DNA of 64,000 bases from Octopus sinensis (lineage: Eukaryota), in contig NC_043004.1 of NCBI RefSeq assembly GCF_006345805.1, positions 24,428,001 through 24,492,000 of the forward strand. The letters are read 5' to 3'. This document shows positions 26,352-39,240 of the stretch, one piece after another. Below the pieces are notes generated by a model. The model was not told where the DNA came from, searched no databases, and saw nothing but the letters and a program-made list of their open reading frames with translations. Position 1 is the stretch's first letter; each line of letters begins with the position of its first letter. Position numbers and translations under genes: made by a program.

Positions 26352-26390
26352 AATTTGACGAGCAATGCGAAAGTGGTCCTTACTTCAATT
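26352..26390 (+). ncRNA. decayed compact hammerhead-like motif in the PLE 3' region
   Basis: AAUU-UGACGA-GC-AAU-GC-GAAAGU...ACUUC-AAUU, ~170 bp after the GIY-YIG remnant. C3 is absent and the stem register is imperfect. Confidence 0.45.
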
Positions 26391-26576
26391 ATATTGATAA
26401 AACAGAACATAATTTTCTACAAAATTGTATAACATCTTTATTATCATGGCTCGAATATACTCTTAAATCCTGTAAAACAAATCTTCTTTGTTTTTTCATC
26501 TTCTCTATTTATACCCATCATGTGTATTTCTCCACTAAAATATTTCTACTTTACACACACACACACACACACATAC

Positions 26577-26647
<71 letters not shown>

Positions 26648-26754
26648 ACATGTATACATACATGCATATATATATATGTATGTATATATGTATACATACA
26701 TGTATATATATATATATATAACCATACCTACTTACATATATAAGTAGATAAAAT

Positions 26755-26910
26755 TGTGGCTGTGTAGTTAAGTAACTCACTTTGAACCACACGGTGTCTG
26801 GTTCAGTTCCAACGCGTTGCACCTTGGACGAGTGTCTTCTAGTATAGCCTCCGGCCGACCGATGTAATGTGGAGGAATAAGGCAGGCAGAAACTATGTAG
26901 GAGCCCATTG
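26755..26910 (+). mobile_element. SINE family B 5' fragment
   Basis: gtggctgtgtagttaag...ggttcagttcca...accttggacgagtgtcttctagtatagcc. Confidence 0.7.
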
Positions 26911-27183
26911 TAATATTATGTGCATTGTTCATCTAACTGGTCTAGAGATATTCTGTAATTCATGAATGTCTTGATCGTTAATGTTTTCCCATGTTCCATC
27001 ACATCCTCACGTAGAGTTTTAATTTTGGAAAGTGGATAGCTTTTAGTATATTCACCCCTTATTTAAAATTTTCCTGACACTATCCTGCAATCTGCGTTAC
27101 ATTCTGCACTTGGCCACACGAACGTTACATAAATCGCTAAAGTCATGTTTGTGGGTGGACGATAAAATCAGTCTTGCAATCAT

Positions 27184-27580
27184 GCGTAGGGGTGACTGGG
27201 TGGTAAGTAGCTTGCTTATCAACCACATGGTTCAGGGTTCAGTCCCACTGCGTGGCACCTTGGGCGAGTGTCTTCTACTATAGCATGGGGCCGACCAAAG
27301 CCTTGTGAGTGGATTTGGTAGACGGAAACTGAAAGAAACCCGTCGTATATATGTATATATATATGTATGTGTGTGTGTATATGTTTGTGTGTCTGTGTTT
27401 GTCTCCCCAACATCGCTTGACAACCGATGCTGGTGTGTTTACGTCCCCGTAACTTAGCGGCTCGGCAAGAGAGACCGATAGAATAAGTACTAGGCTTACA
27501 AAGTCCTGGGGTCCATTTTCTCGACCAAAGCCGCAGTCAAATGACAAACAAATAAAAGAAATAAAAGAAAAAAAGAAATA
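27184..27580 (+). mobile_element. SINE family B, near full length
   Basis: Head, body and A-rich tail are colinear with the reverse complement of 3760-4158. Confidence 0.9.
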
Positions 27581-27829
27581 CTTATATCTCACGTGAGTGG
27601 AAATGTGCAAGTAACCTTTTGTTTGAGCTTTTTTTTATGAAAGAAAGTGCTGCAGATGACTAAATTTTGTTCTCATCAAAGCGCAAGTAGCTTTGAACTC
27701 ATGTCTCGTAGCCTCTACCAGTTCGAACATTGAAATCACCAAGAATAATCAGGTTATCATTAACCACTAGTATGGATGTAATACCAGTACAAAAGATTTT
27801 CAAAGAAAGTCATGATAGTTTCTTCATTG

Positions 27830-27995
<166 letters not shown>

Positions 27996-28679
27996 GTAAT
28001 TGTGTGTGTGTGTGTCTGTGTCTGTGTGTATGTGTATTGATTAAATCGATTTCATTTATTTCTGAGAATAATTAATAAAATCAACAAACAAAAACGATCG
28101 ATAGTGAGAATAATCATCAATGGGGAAATGAGAAGATGAAGGAATTGGGCCGTGTGCCGAGTGTCAATAGAATCATCATATATAATTAATGATTAGAAGA
28201 GACAGTAACGACAAATCCAATATGATAATCAGTATCAGTATTCATTACACCAATAGTACAGAAACAACAAAAACAAAAGATCTCAACGAAATTAATGATC
28301 ATCAGTTACGACGAAGTTTTCCACAGACTTGTCTCTCACGTCAGGTGTAATTATTAATGTTTAGAGATACACAATCGATAATTAATTCAGCAATTAATGA
28401 CATATTTGATAGTGTTTATCATCATAAAGGTGTGAATGTATTTGCGACAGATAGAGAGTATTTGTTAGATTCGTTTCATCTTTTCTGAGTATAAAGTCGT
28501 TAATCTTCTTGCTGATGCTTTGCTGAACATGTAGATCATAAGATAGTGTTAGAATGTAGAATAAATATTTGCTTTCTTCAACTAAACTAAATCATCTTTA
28601 ACAGGGACGAATGGTTATTAAATCCGGTGGATTTCCAAACAGTACTACTGAGGAGCAATACTAGTTCGAGATAATCTCA

Positions 28680-29072
28680 ACAAAATGTGTCGTCAGCCGT
28701 GCCTCTTCGAAATGTGCACTGAGCAACGATGCCATTCTCTATGCACTGTTCAGTGTCTGAGTTTCTCCTGACTTGCAATGTTTCCTCAAACGGCTGTTAT
28801 CTCATTTAGATGTGGGTATCGACCACGTCCATCATGGAGATTACCGCCATCCCCGTTTACCTTTAATACGACAGAGCAGGCAGTTAAAAGTTTATAGCAA
28901 AAGGGGTTGCATGGTGGACAAGACCGAAAGGATTGAAGACAGATATTGTTCTCGTCTGCCAATCCATCATCGACATTTTTCAAGTGCAGCTTGTAAAGAA
29001 AGGTGCGTGTGGAGAGGGAATTGTTGCTCGCCAGAGAATTTGTCAGAAAGGTGATGAATATATTAAAACTGG
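28680..29072 (+). mobile_element. L1/Tx1-clade LINE ORF2 C-terminal remnant
   Basis: Decayed zinc-knuckle region followed by IAKGVAWWTRPKGLKTD and RKVRVERELL..EFVRK. Confidence 0.65.
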
Positions 29073-29077
29073 AAACA

Positions 29078-29224
<147 letters not shown>

Positions 29225-29319
29225 CATTTATGCACCTAGCTTCTCTTGACCTTACTATATCACGTCTCAGCTCCATCCTGCAGTTTAGGGACGTAACACT
29301 TTACTCAGTTCTACTTATT

Positions 29320-30170
29320 GTTGCCAACTGAATACTTCTTTATGAAGTCTGGTATTTGCATCTTTTGATACCAGAATATTGTTTTCTTTGCGATGGTCCC
29401 TAATGTACCGATCACAATAGGCACCACATTCACTATTGAGGTTCTATGGATGTATTTCACTTCCAATGCTAGGTCTTAGTACTTCCCGACTTGCTTGTTC
29501 TCTCTCTTCAAAATATTTTGGTCTACAGGTATAGCTACTTTTATGAAGGTCTTTTCTTTAGACAACTTCTATAGGAGAGTGATGCTTGATCGATTATGTC
29601 TGCCACAGATTCTTGTCTGTGTATATTGATGTACCCTATGTGAGTATCACAAGATCATTCTCTGCTACTGGCAAAGTTTAGTGCTCATTCTAATTATTAG
29701 AACATCTTAGCCCATATTTCTTGTACAACTCATAACATATTTGCTCTGCTACTTTGTCATAGCGACTTTTGTACTCCTTCTGGGGCTAGCTTTCAGCATC
29801 CGCTAAATCTTTGTCTAACAGTCTCAGATGATTTTCCCACGTAGTCAATACAAAGGCGATACTGTTGTTTTATCAATACTACAATTGATTGAGTTGGCCC
29901 GTAAAGAGTGTTCTTCAGCAGCAAGAATCAGTCCGTCCGTCTCATTCTATAAAAAACCACGTCTTAACCATTTCTAGGATTTTTCATTATCTTCATCCGC
30001 TGTTTGTTGAAAAAACTCCCACGGTACGACTTTTCCCTGTTGATGATCTTTTTCTCCATAGTCCTCTTATTGTACTTCTGGAGGGTTTCACCGGTGTCAC
30101 AGATCACCTTCTCACGCAGTGTAGCCTGCAACTTTTTTCATCATTATTCTCCAAATAGGCAAGTAAGGAC
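29320..30170 (-). mobile_element. decayed R4/Dong LINE 3' region
   Basis: SGC*KLAQKEYKSRYDKVA, VAIPVDQNILKRENKQVGKY*DLALEV, VVPIVIGTLG. The 3' end lies ~100 bp from (TAA)n. Confidence 0.8.
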
Positions 30171-30888
30171 TTGAACACCTTCACAAAACTATTCTATATT
30201 TCAACCACCTTAATAATAAAAATTGGGATCAATTTAACTGACTAATCCCTGCCACAAAAAAGCATATCAGACCCTGTGTTGATGTTAGATACAAATATTA
30301 ATACTCCTATCTACTTCTAACAAACATTTAACCAAGAATTTTAACCATACTTACTCTGTGAGGGAGACAGTTTGTAATCTCATTTCTTAAACAAAAGCAA
30401 AAAGAAAAAAGATTTTACATTTAAAGCATAAAAGTTTGTTATTTTCTTGAAGCAAAATATTTGTTTTTCACTAAACGAAATACAGAAAAATATCTGGCAT
30501 TTTATTGCCATAAATATTTTCGTTTTTATTGACGCATATAACATAATTTTACATGAATATTTTGTGTAAATTTAGTCACAGCATAATCTTTAGAAGCAAC
30601 AAAGATACGCACATAAGTGTATGTGATGCGCTTTTTATTTTGACGAGTTTCATTCACACGCGGTATCATAACATCTTGATGGAAGATCATTTTCTGATTA
30701 TAAGAAAAATATGGCAGGATTTTTTTAAAACATCAATTTCATAAGTGCTAATTAAATTATTCACAAATAACACTAAATATCACGAAATAAATTTTCTCTT
30801 ATTACATTATATTATCTAAACTTTTAGAGATCTTTCAATGAATGAGAGTTTGTTAATGTCATTTTGATCATAGTGCATGATATATTAC

Positions 30889-30950
30889 ACATTTGTAATT
30901 TCACATCTATTATTGGTGAAACATTTGTAATTTCATATCTATTATTGGTG
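30889..30950. repeat. two-copy tandem duplication, period 32
   Basis: acatttgtaatttca(c/t)atctattattggtg occurs twice. Confidence 0.9.
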
Positions 30951-31058
30951 TAACTGAATGCTTGTCACTTTCTGTGCACATAACCCCAATCATTGAAGTA
31001 AAAAGAAACAACTATCGAATTATATATACTAAGTTCGACTCCCGGCCGACGCATTTCT

Positions 31059-31228
31059 AAGGCGGTGCGCTGGCAGAATCGTTAACACACCGGTTAAAAT
31101 GCTTAGTGGCATTTCTTTGGCTTTACTTTCTGAGTTCAAATTCCGCTGAGGTCGACTTTGCCTTTCATCCTTTCGATAAATTAAACACTCCCCCAATGTT
31201 TCAAGCCTTGTGCCTATAGTAGAAAGGT
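31059..31228 (+). mobile_element. SINE family A with internal deletion
   Basis: aaggcggtgcgctggcagaatcgttaacac...gagttcaaattccgctgagg...gtgcctatagtagaaagg. Confidence 0.85.
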
Positions 31229-31384
31229 TATATATACCAAGTAACAATGAAGACACAGATTGTCGACGAAAAACAGCAGACCACACTATTAAAAGTAGGA
31301 GAGGAGACCATTCGAACAGATTCATTGCGGAATGATATGCCCATTTGAATTTTTTACAGTAATTATTATCAGTATTAACAGACC

Positions 31385-31590
31385 GTGTGAGCTGGCAGAA
31401 TCGTTAGCCGCCAGTCGAAATGCTTTGTCCATCTCAACACTCTAAGTTCAAATTTTGCCGAGCTCGGATTGGCCTTTCATTTCTTTTCTGCGTCGATGAA
31501 ATAAGTACTAATTGAGCACTAAGGTGAATGTAATCGACTCTCCCCCTCCTCCAAATTTCAGGCCTTCTCTCTATAGTAGAAAGGATTATT
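31385..31590 (+). mobile_element. SINE family A
   Basis: gagctggcagaatcgttagc...aagttcaaattttgccgag...ctatagtagaaaggattatt. Confidence 0.85.
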
Positions 31591-33199
31591 ATCTGTGTTA
31601 ATACTTTTTCTACATTATATTTCATCTGTGTAGATTTTAAAAAAAAACAATGCAAATAAAAAATGTCTTCTAGATACAATTTGATTCATTGTTTCAGAAA
31701 TGGACAACATAGTTGGTATTTTTCATCTGTGTGTTATAGGAATTACGAAGTTTTATAAGGTTTCTTATTGCCTATGGTTTGTTCTTGTATGACAAATGTT
31801 GATGCCACCGCTGCACTCTTTACAGTGAGACGTTCGTCAAGAATACACTGATGTCTTGGGTCCAATCATTTAACAGACGCAATGGCCATGCACAAACATA
31901 AGTGTTCATTATACTCATAATTCTGTTCAATTCTATAACTATTTCATTAAGCTTTAATTAAATCAAATTCAAATTTCTTATTGCTGTTTCGTTTTACGAA
32001 ATTCCAAATTATATTCACTTGCCAGTCTGACTCATCGTGTGGTTCTTTTATGAAAGTGCTAGGCCCAAGACCACGCATCGTCCAAGTTACGACGTTAAAC
32101 TGCATCCGGTGGTGAAGCTCCAGCTGGGGAGTTCGTATGTTAGTGGGAATATAGAGTTACTCCGTAATCAACATTACTCACATATCTGCTCTGGCCCAGG
32201 ATGGTAATCCTTGTTGTGTCCCACTTAAGGGACAAACAGCACAAGACTATCAAGTAGCTAGAATATTCAGGATTCAAAAAAGGGCTGGCCCCTTAGACAT
32301 GAGGCACACAGGCCCACTGTTGTGGGAACATACTCTGATGTCACATGAACTTGTATCTTTGCTTTACATAGACCCTGTAGCGCAAAGATAAGCCTGAGAG
32401 AGCAGAAAACTGGCAAAGCAAGGAAACCAATGTTTTATCTTTCCCAAGGAAAACCATGAAACTTCAGGCTTCAACACGGAGGTTCATGTATAGAGATGGG
32501 GAGAGAACGAGAAAGAAAGAATGAAAGAAAAAGAGAGAAGAGCGCATTATTATTTTCACTAAACTATGTCATCATGCAAAAAACCTTTAATGCCTTTATT
32601 TGGTACATTGGAAGTAAGACCAACAAATTAGAATAAGTAGTAGAGGTATCTGGAGGTTTTACACTGTGTTGTTTACACTGTGACCTCTGATCATGAGCAG
32701 GAGTAGCGAGGAAGCATCATAGCCATGTGTTGAGAGGGATTCTTTGGGGATTGATATGGATGAATGTAACAAAAGAAAATTTTGAAGGAAATATTAACTA
32801 TTTTTCATACTTTGTAGGGTTAAGCAAATAGGAAATAACAGTTGCTACCCAAGGGCAAAAATCGTGGAACACAGTATAATTAATTTAAAACATCTCAGTA
32901 GGTATTCCCGTGAGTTTGGAGCTTATAGACATATTGTTGTCGGGGACAACAGCAACAGTCTGCTAGTTCTTCATAGTTGAGTTCAGAAGTTCGTTAAGAT
33001 GTTTTGAAATTCGTTTAATTCCAGCAATTTGATAGGCTAATTATGTGTAACGGAATCAAAAGTTTTCTTGATTTCAATTGAAATACACAGTTTCGCTTTT
33101 ACGCTTCCGTACCATTCATTATAATTTTATCAATAAAGATATGATCAATATTTCCATATGATATGGGACTAGTCTTATTTAACACTACAGAATTTAGAT

Positions 33200-33900
33200 T
33201 ACTATTTTTAAATTGCTCGATAGTCATATTGATAGCAATAATTTGAAGAGCAGTAAATAAATTAACGGCAGACGATGGACAAGTGACTTGACCTGTAGCT
33301 AGATAAGCTCATCTAATGTTTCTATGAATACCATTGTTTATGGTATTCATACAATCGAAGGATTTGAGAGGCCAGAAATCGGAGCTGATGCAGTAAAAGT
33401 TTTCTGACGATCACTTCTGACTCTTTCCGGCTGTATGGGAAGGAGCCGAATCCTACTGCTACTCATATGGCGTCTCTAGCCAGAGATTTACCACAGCTCC
33501 CAGCAGCTTCACATAGACATCTCAATTGCCTCTAAAGCCCTGTTCAAATATGTCAGGTGGCATGATACCACCCTCGCAGGGGACATACCTAAAGACCATT
33601 ACAGTTGGGATGAACTTGGTTTTTATGATGTCCATGTCACACCTTATAGCCTTAACAGTGGTCACAGAGAATTGAACAGCTATTCTAATATCGGCATTTC
33701 GATAACCAGCATGAATCATCATGATACAGGTAACTCTTTTTCCAAATTCATATGGCTTCCATCCCACCATGTCAGCTAACATTTTGTCAACTATAACTTT
33801 AATCTTATGCACTCGAACGCCGTTGACTGTTTACCAGTACATCAAGGTTTCCTGAAGAAAGCGAGAACAAGAAATTGTCAAATTTTGCTCGAACACTGTA
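33200..33900 (-). mobile_element. Tc1/mariner superfamily fossil (maT/DD37D-like), internally deleted
   Basis: TIR-like TA-cagtgttcgagcaaaatttgac at 33877-33900. The HTH start is fused to KTKFIPTVMVF, GGIMPPDIFEQG, Q*DSAPSHT and FWPLKSFD. Subfamily assignment is tentative. Confidence 0.75.
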
Positions 33901-33924
33901 TATTAATTAGGGTCTTCTTTCGTA

Positions 33925-34028
33925 ATGCTTTGATCAGATCGGGATTACAGTAGAAGACACCCAAATTCCCATGCAGTGAAACTGAACCCAGAACCAACGA
34001 AGCATCTACCACCCAGCCACAGCGGCGT
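33925..34028 (-). mobile_element. SINE family B 5' fragment
   Basis: cagtagaagacac...atgcagtgaaactgaacccagaacc...taccacccagccac. Confidence 0.6.
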
Positions 34029-34702
34029 TTATGTTGCTTTTCAGGAATCAACAATGATATGAATGAAAAGAAGTCATTAAGTAATAACTTCGTACTATAC
34101 AAATGTGTTGAATACCCATTGTTGTATTAATGACGAGTATGTTAAATGACACATAACGATAAATTTAAATATCATTGATACAAGGTAAGTTCTAATAGAT
34201 AAATCCAAAGTAAGTTTGTTATCACACTATGAAATTTTGGTGCGTAGGATTCTATTTCTCTTGTTGTCAGATATGCATCTAACAAGCTGTTATCTTCATT
34301 TTAGATGTGCTCTTTCTTGAAAATGAATTTATCATATAGTTTCATCTTTACTTCGATAGATGTCTTATCTATCTATGTTTCCAGTGGATTCTATTAAAAT
34401 TTTGAAAGTGTAATTTTGAAGTAGCAATATTTCGCTAAGACTGCACCTTGGTAATGTATGGTGATAATGAGAAAACCTCTAAGTTTTCATTCAGCCTACT
34501 AGAAATAGCAGCGATTTTCTCTTATATCACATCATACCGACTTAGGAAAAGTTACATTTCCAAACGAAACGTTGTCTGGCAGAATAAGATAAGATGCTTT
34601 TCATCATAGGTCTCCTCTACCAAAGCTTAACGGATGCTCAAAAACAACAACGGTGTTATGTTTTTAGCACTGTCTCTTTCTAATTAATATTAGACTTCCG
34701 TT

Positions 34703-34917
34703 AAGGCGGCTTGCTAGCAGAATCGTTCGCACAAGTAAAATGCTTAGCGGCATTTTGTCCGTCTTTACGCTCTGAGTTCAAATTCCACCGAGATCGGCTT
34801 TGCCTTTCATTCTTTCGGAGGTCGATAAAATAAGTACCACTTGAGCATTGGGTTCGATGTAATCGATTTAACACCACTCCCGAAATTGCTGGCCTTATGC
34901 CAAAATTTGATACCAAT
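34703..34917 (+). mobile_element. SINE family A, full length
   Basis: aaggcggcttgctagcagaatcgtt...gagttcaaattccaccgag...ggtcgataaaataagtacc...gccaaaatttga. Confidence 0.9.
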
Positions 34918-36046
34918 ATTAATCATCGCTATATTTATTCTCTTAGTTTTATTTTAATACTTCTCAAAGGATTCGGTAATACAAGTTTATTCTCTGTGGT
35001 TTGTTATTGTTATGATCATCATCATCCTAACATTCATCATCATCATCATTATTATTATTAGCAGTAGTTGCATCTTGTCCTAGCAAGATGTGTTTACTTA
35101 TGTTCCTGTTTCGTTTTGTTTTTTGTCAGGTTTTTTTTTCAAAGCTGGAGTGGGCTTTTTTTCCTGACATATCGTGCAGTACCATAAGAAAATATGTTGA
35201 GGAGTTTATTTTTTCGCCAAGTCTGGGTAAATATAAAGACATTTTTGAAAACCGTCGGTTTAACTCGCTGATATTCAGCACAGGAGAGCGAGGCAACACG
35301 CCCTCAATGTAAACTTAGACAATTATAGCTAACACAAACATAAAAAAGGGAACATGCACGTTAACATTTTGAAACAAAAAACAATTATGTTTCTATGTTA
35401 TCTATATTAATGGGATCAATTGACATAATATGTTTCCTAAGAAAATATTGACAGAATGTTTTCCATTATAGATCATAACTGTCCCTCTATCTCATCTGGT
35501 TTTATAACTTCTACAATTTTCCTTCCGTTTTGATTTAACCTCGCAACTCAGACCATCAATATACAGGTTTACCTTTTAACGAAAATCTTCCACCCAAGTA
35601 TTTTATATTCATTTGAACAACCAAATACATGCATACCGCAACTTACATCAATAACTGGTTTCAAACATGCGACTTAAACGAAAAATTATGTAACACGAAA
35701 AAACATTAAAAAAATATTAGCTTATATGTTTTAATAAATGATGTGTACATATTTTCTCGTGGATTTTATTAGATTTTCCACTTTAGCATTGGTTTATAGT
35801 GGGTTTTTTAAAAGCTTTTACGTAAGGTCGGATAAATCAACTGATGCTCTTTACTTTTTCCATTAATTTCTTTAAAATATGAGTTGAAGTATGCCTATGA
35901 TGGAGTAAAGATCCCTTTTCTTTCGCAACATGCTCACTTGTGATATCATTTCTTATCTGTTCAGTTTTTGCCTACCATCTTTTCTCTATAATTTACTCTT
36001 CTTTGTTAATGATCAAAACAAATTTTACAACTTTTATAAAAGTTGC

Positions 36047-36121
36047 TCTAAACTTTTTGTATTTCACTCTGTTGATATTTACTTGATCTAAACTTTTTGT
36101 ATTTCACTCTGTTGATATTTA
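36047..36121. repeat. 35-bp direct repeat, period 40
   Basis: tctaaactttttgtatttcactctgttgatattta occurs twice. Confidence 0.9.
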
Positions 36122-36959
36122 TCTTTATACTCTTTGAATTTTAGTTCCTCTGAGTCTTTTACAGTTGTATGTTTAGATGATACTACCTGTATTCCTTCAA
36201 AAGTACCAGTCGGTCTTTCATTATTCTGTTTACGCTATCACAAAATAATACGCTTTATCACGGATGATTCTCTTTCGAAAGAACTGTATTATCTCTTGGT
36301 TTCAGTCTTCTAAATCGTACTTAGCGACACACACTTTCCATTGCCATGAAATGGGACACTAACGTTTATTTTTTTCACATCTTGAGAACCACTGCTTCTA
36401 TTTTAACTTATCATGAACAGGGGACATTCCTTCTCAAGCTGACCTTTTTTATTCCATTGTCTGTAATCCTAAATTTCATCATGTTCATTGCTTTACCAAC
36501 TACCCAGTAGTTACAACTTTACAAAGCTTTTGTCGATTATGCTTAATTTCACCAGATATCCCGTTAACTATTTTAATGTTATCTATTTTAACAGCTTCTT
36601 TACACCTATTAAATATGCATATTTTCTGTATCTTACACGTTGTTGCAATTATCCAAGCCTGCTGCATTCATTATTTCCGTAAGTTCTTACCGAAATATTC
36701 TTTTCACATTTTATAACACAATAAACATTTCTTATTTTATGTCTATCTGGCACGACAATGGAATTAGCTTTTACAAGTGCAAGCCGCTTGCTTCATACGA
36801 ATTCTTGCCTCATAAATTTACAAAGAATGAAGTTTTTGGAGAAATTTTGTATTACATATCATCAACCTCAAAATTATTTTAAAAAGTCATTACATGCTAT
36901 TTTAATTAGCAGGGATTTCAAACCTCAATAATCTTTCTAACTAATCTTGCAAAATACAG

Positions 36960-37800
36960 GGTAGCACTTTTCTACTGGTCGATAATGCGTGACTCCATTC
37001 CAATATCCTTCATCCTCTAAGTGGTTTGGGTGTTGTGCCAATTGCACCAATTGTCACGGAAACACTTCTCACATTTATCTTCCACAATCTCTTCATCTCT
37101 CCGGCTAGGTTCTTGATTTCCTTTCCAGTATCATATAATATTCCAAAATCTATATTACACTTATTACGTTTTCCTCTAAATTTTGCGTTTTTCCCTCTAC
37201 AGTTACATCGGATCCCTTTGTATTAATTGTATGATTAGTTTTTTTTTTATGGAGGAATCCCATAAAATTCTGTATTTATTTTCCACCGTCACAGCCTCTA
37301 GCTTGTGTTTATACCACTTTTCCGTCTACCTGAATCTATACACTCGGCTAAGTAACATGACAAGGCACGCTTATACTCTTTTCATGCTAGATTACTGCAT
37401 TCACTAAAAATATAGTTAATACTTTCGTCCTCATTTCCACAGGTTCTGTATTTGGTCAGTGACTGAGTGTTATCAGTCTTTTCTTTATCAAGTTTGCTTC
37501 AATGACTTTCGCCTCGGTGGATGTAATTAGCACTTCAATTTCTTGTTTCAGCTTCCTCTATCAGGAAGTTCTTTACTTCTGACACCCCCGAAATGTTACA
37601 TGAAGTGGCCATGTAATTATTTCCCTTTTCCGGTATTTGCTCTGTCGTTTCTTTTTCTGTTCTTGGGTTGTCTTACTATTCCAGTGCCTTTATCTCAGAC
37701 ATTCATTCTTCACTACACACAACATAGCTTTTCAAAACTAATATTGTAGTATTTATAGTATCTCCTGTGTTCAGCTGCCACCTTCCACTTTTATTAGGCT
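36960..37800 (-). mobile_element. old R4/Dong LINE 3' region
   Basis: WYKHKLEAVTVENKYRILWD and KNLAGEMKRLWKINVRSVSVTIGAIGTTPK. Confidence 0.7.
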
Positions 37801-38616
37801 CACTGTAGCCGACCTCACAACCTCAGCAAGACGTGCCTCCTCTTGGCCTGCGCAATGGATGGTGCAGTTTAAGTGTTTGATGTGAGAAAGGTCCATGCTT
37901 ATCTCCCTTTAGCTGAAAATTCCATCTACGGACGTCATAACTATAGATGCCGCAGTAGCTGCCTTGCTGAACAGGGAGACCCTAACCGTTGATTTGCAAA
38001 TTCTTCTGTCAAGCGTCTTTGTGTGTTTCACCGTTGGCAGATGGCAGCTTCTCTACCGAAAACAAACACATCCGTCATGTTGCTTCCCATGGCTCCACTG
38101 TGACTTTGGCACGCAGATTTTTCATCATTGGTTTACAGTTCTATGGTGATTATTTTAGTGTGGGTCCTAGCGTGGGTCGACTTTTTCTGGCATGTATTCC
38201 TACTAAGGGAGGAACGCCCGCTAACATAGCTCTTGGTATCAAATGGATCACGTATATAAACATATCAAAATATAAAAATATATCCAACAACGTAAGATTT
38301 AAAAATATATAAACAATATATACTTATACTCATATATATACAATATACACGTTGACTACTCACGAGTTCCTCTAACTTTTATAGGATTCTATTTTTCGTC
38401 CCACAAGGTGTTCAACAATAACCATCCTCATCAAGCAAGCTCGGTTGGGTTGCCAGTTTAGTCGTCGATAACTTGACCAAGCGACAATTTCTATAGGGTA
38501 ACATGTTACCAGTTGCGCTGAAGAACAACTCGACATAAATGGGTCTTCTAGCTAAAACTAAAGAAATCCTCCACCATCTCCTTTTACGGGAGATGAAACC
38601 CCACCAAACGATTGAC

Positions 38617-38670
38617 CTCTATTATTCTGGGTTTCGCACTACGCTGCTATCATCAGCCGATGATACAGAG
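38617..38670 (-). ncRNA. decayed hammerhead-like motif
   Basis: CUGAUGA-UA-GCA-GCGUAG-UGC-GAAAC-CCAGA-AUA-AUAGAG. The core boxes are present but stems I and III are out of canonical register. Confidence 0.4.
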
Positions 38671-38804
38671 TACAATGTTACTTATAATAATACTAGCAAT
38701 AATTTCATTAACAAACATACTAATATATGCTATGCATGGGTGTTGACTCGTTATGGGCGTTGACTGCTTTGATTCCTCATCCTGCAGCTTGTGCAAATTA
38801 GAAA

Positions 38805-38805
<1 letters not shown>

Positions 38806-38879
<74 letters not shown>
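38806..38879. repeat. (TAG)n microsatellite
   Basis: Direct reading. Confidence 0.95.
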
Positions 38880-39087
38880 ACGAGCTACATTGCGGTAACA
38901 GTGACAGACAGGAGGAGAGAGCCAAGCATCCATCAGCATCAACGTATTGATAGACCTCCTTTGGAAACAATGCTTTATCTTGTAACTGTATTGCGTTTAA
39001 ATTGTCATGAATTATATGCACCTGATGTTTGTAATTATCATCAACACTGAGTGAAATGTACACTCAAAGCAAAATGCACTAATGGAT

Positions 39088-39103
39088 TAACAACAACAAC
39101 AAC

Positions 39104-39193
<90 letters not shown>

Positions 39194-39240
39194 AATAATA
39201 ATAATAATAATAAAATAATAATAATAATAATAATAATAAT
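39088..39240. repeat. (AAC)n(AAT)n(GAT)n(AAT)n microsatellite
   Basis: Direct reading. Confidence 0.95.

Noticed and set aside
32085-32240. Segment resembling another SINE-like repeat
   Set aside because: Single decayed copy in the window with no internal corroboration.
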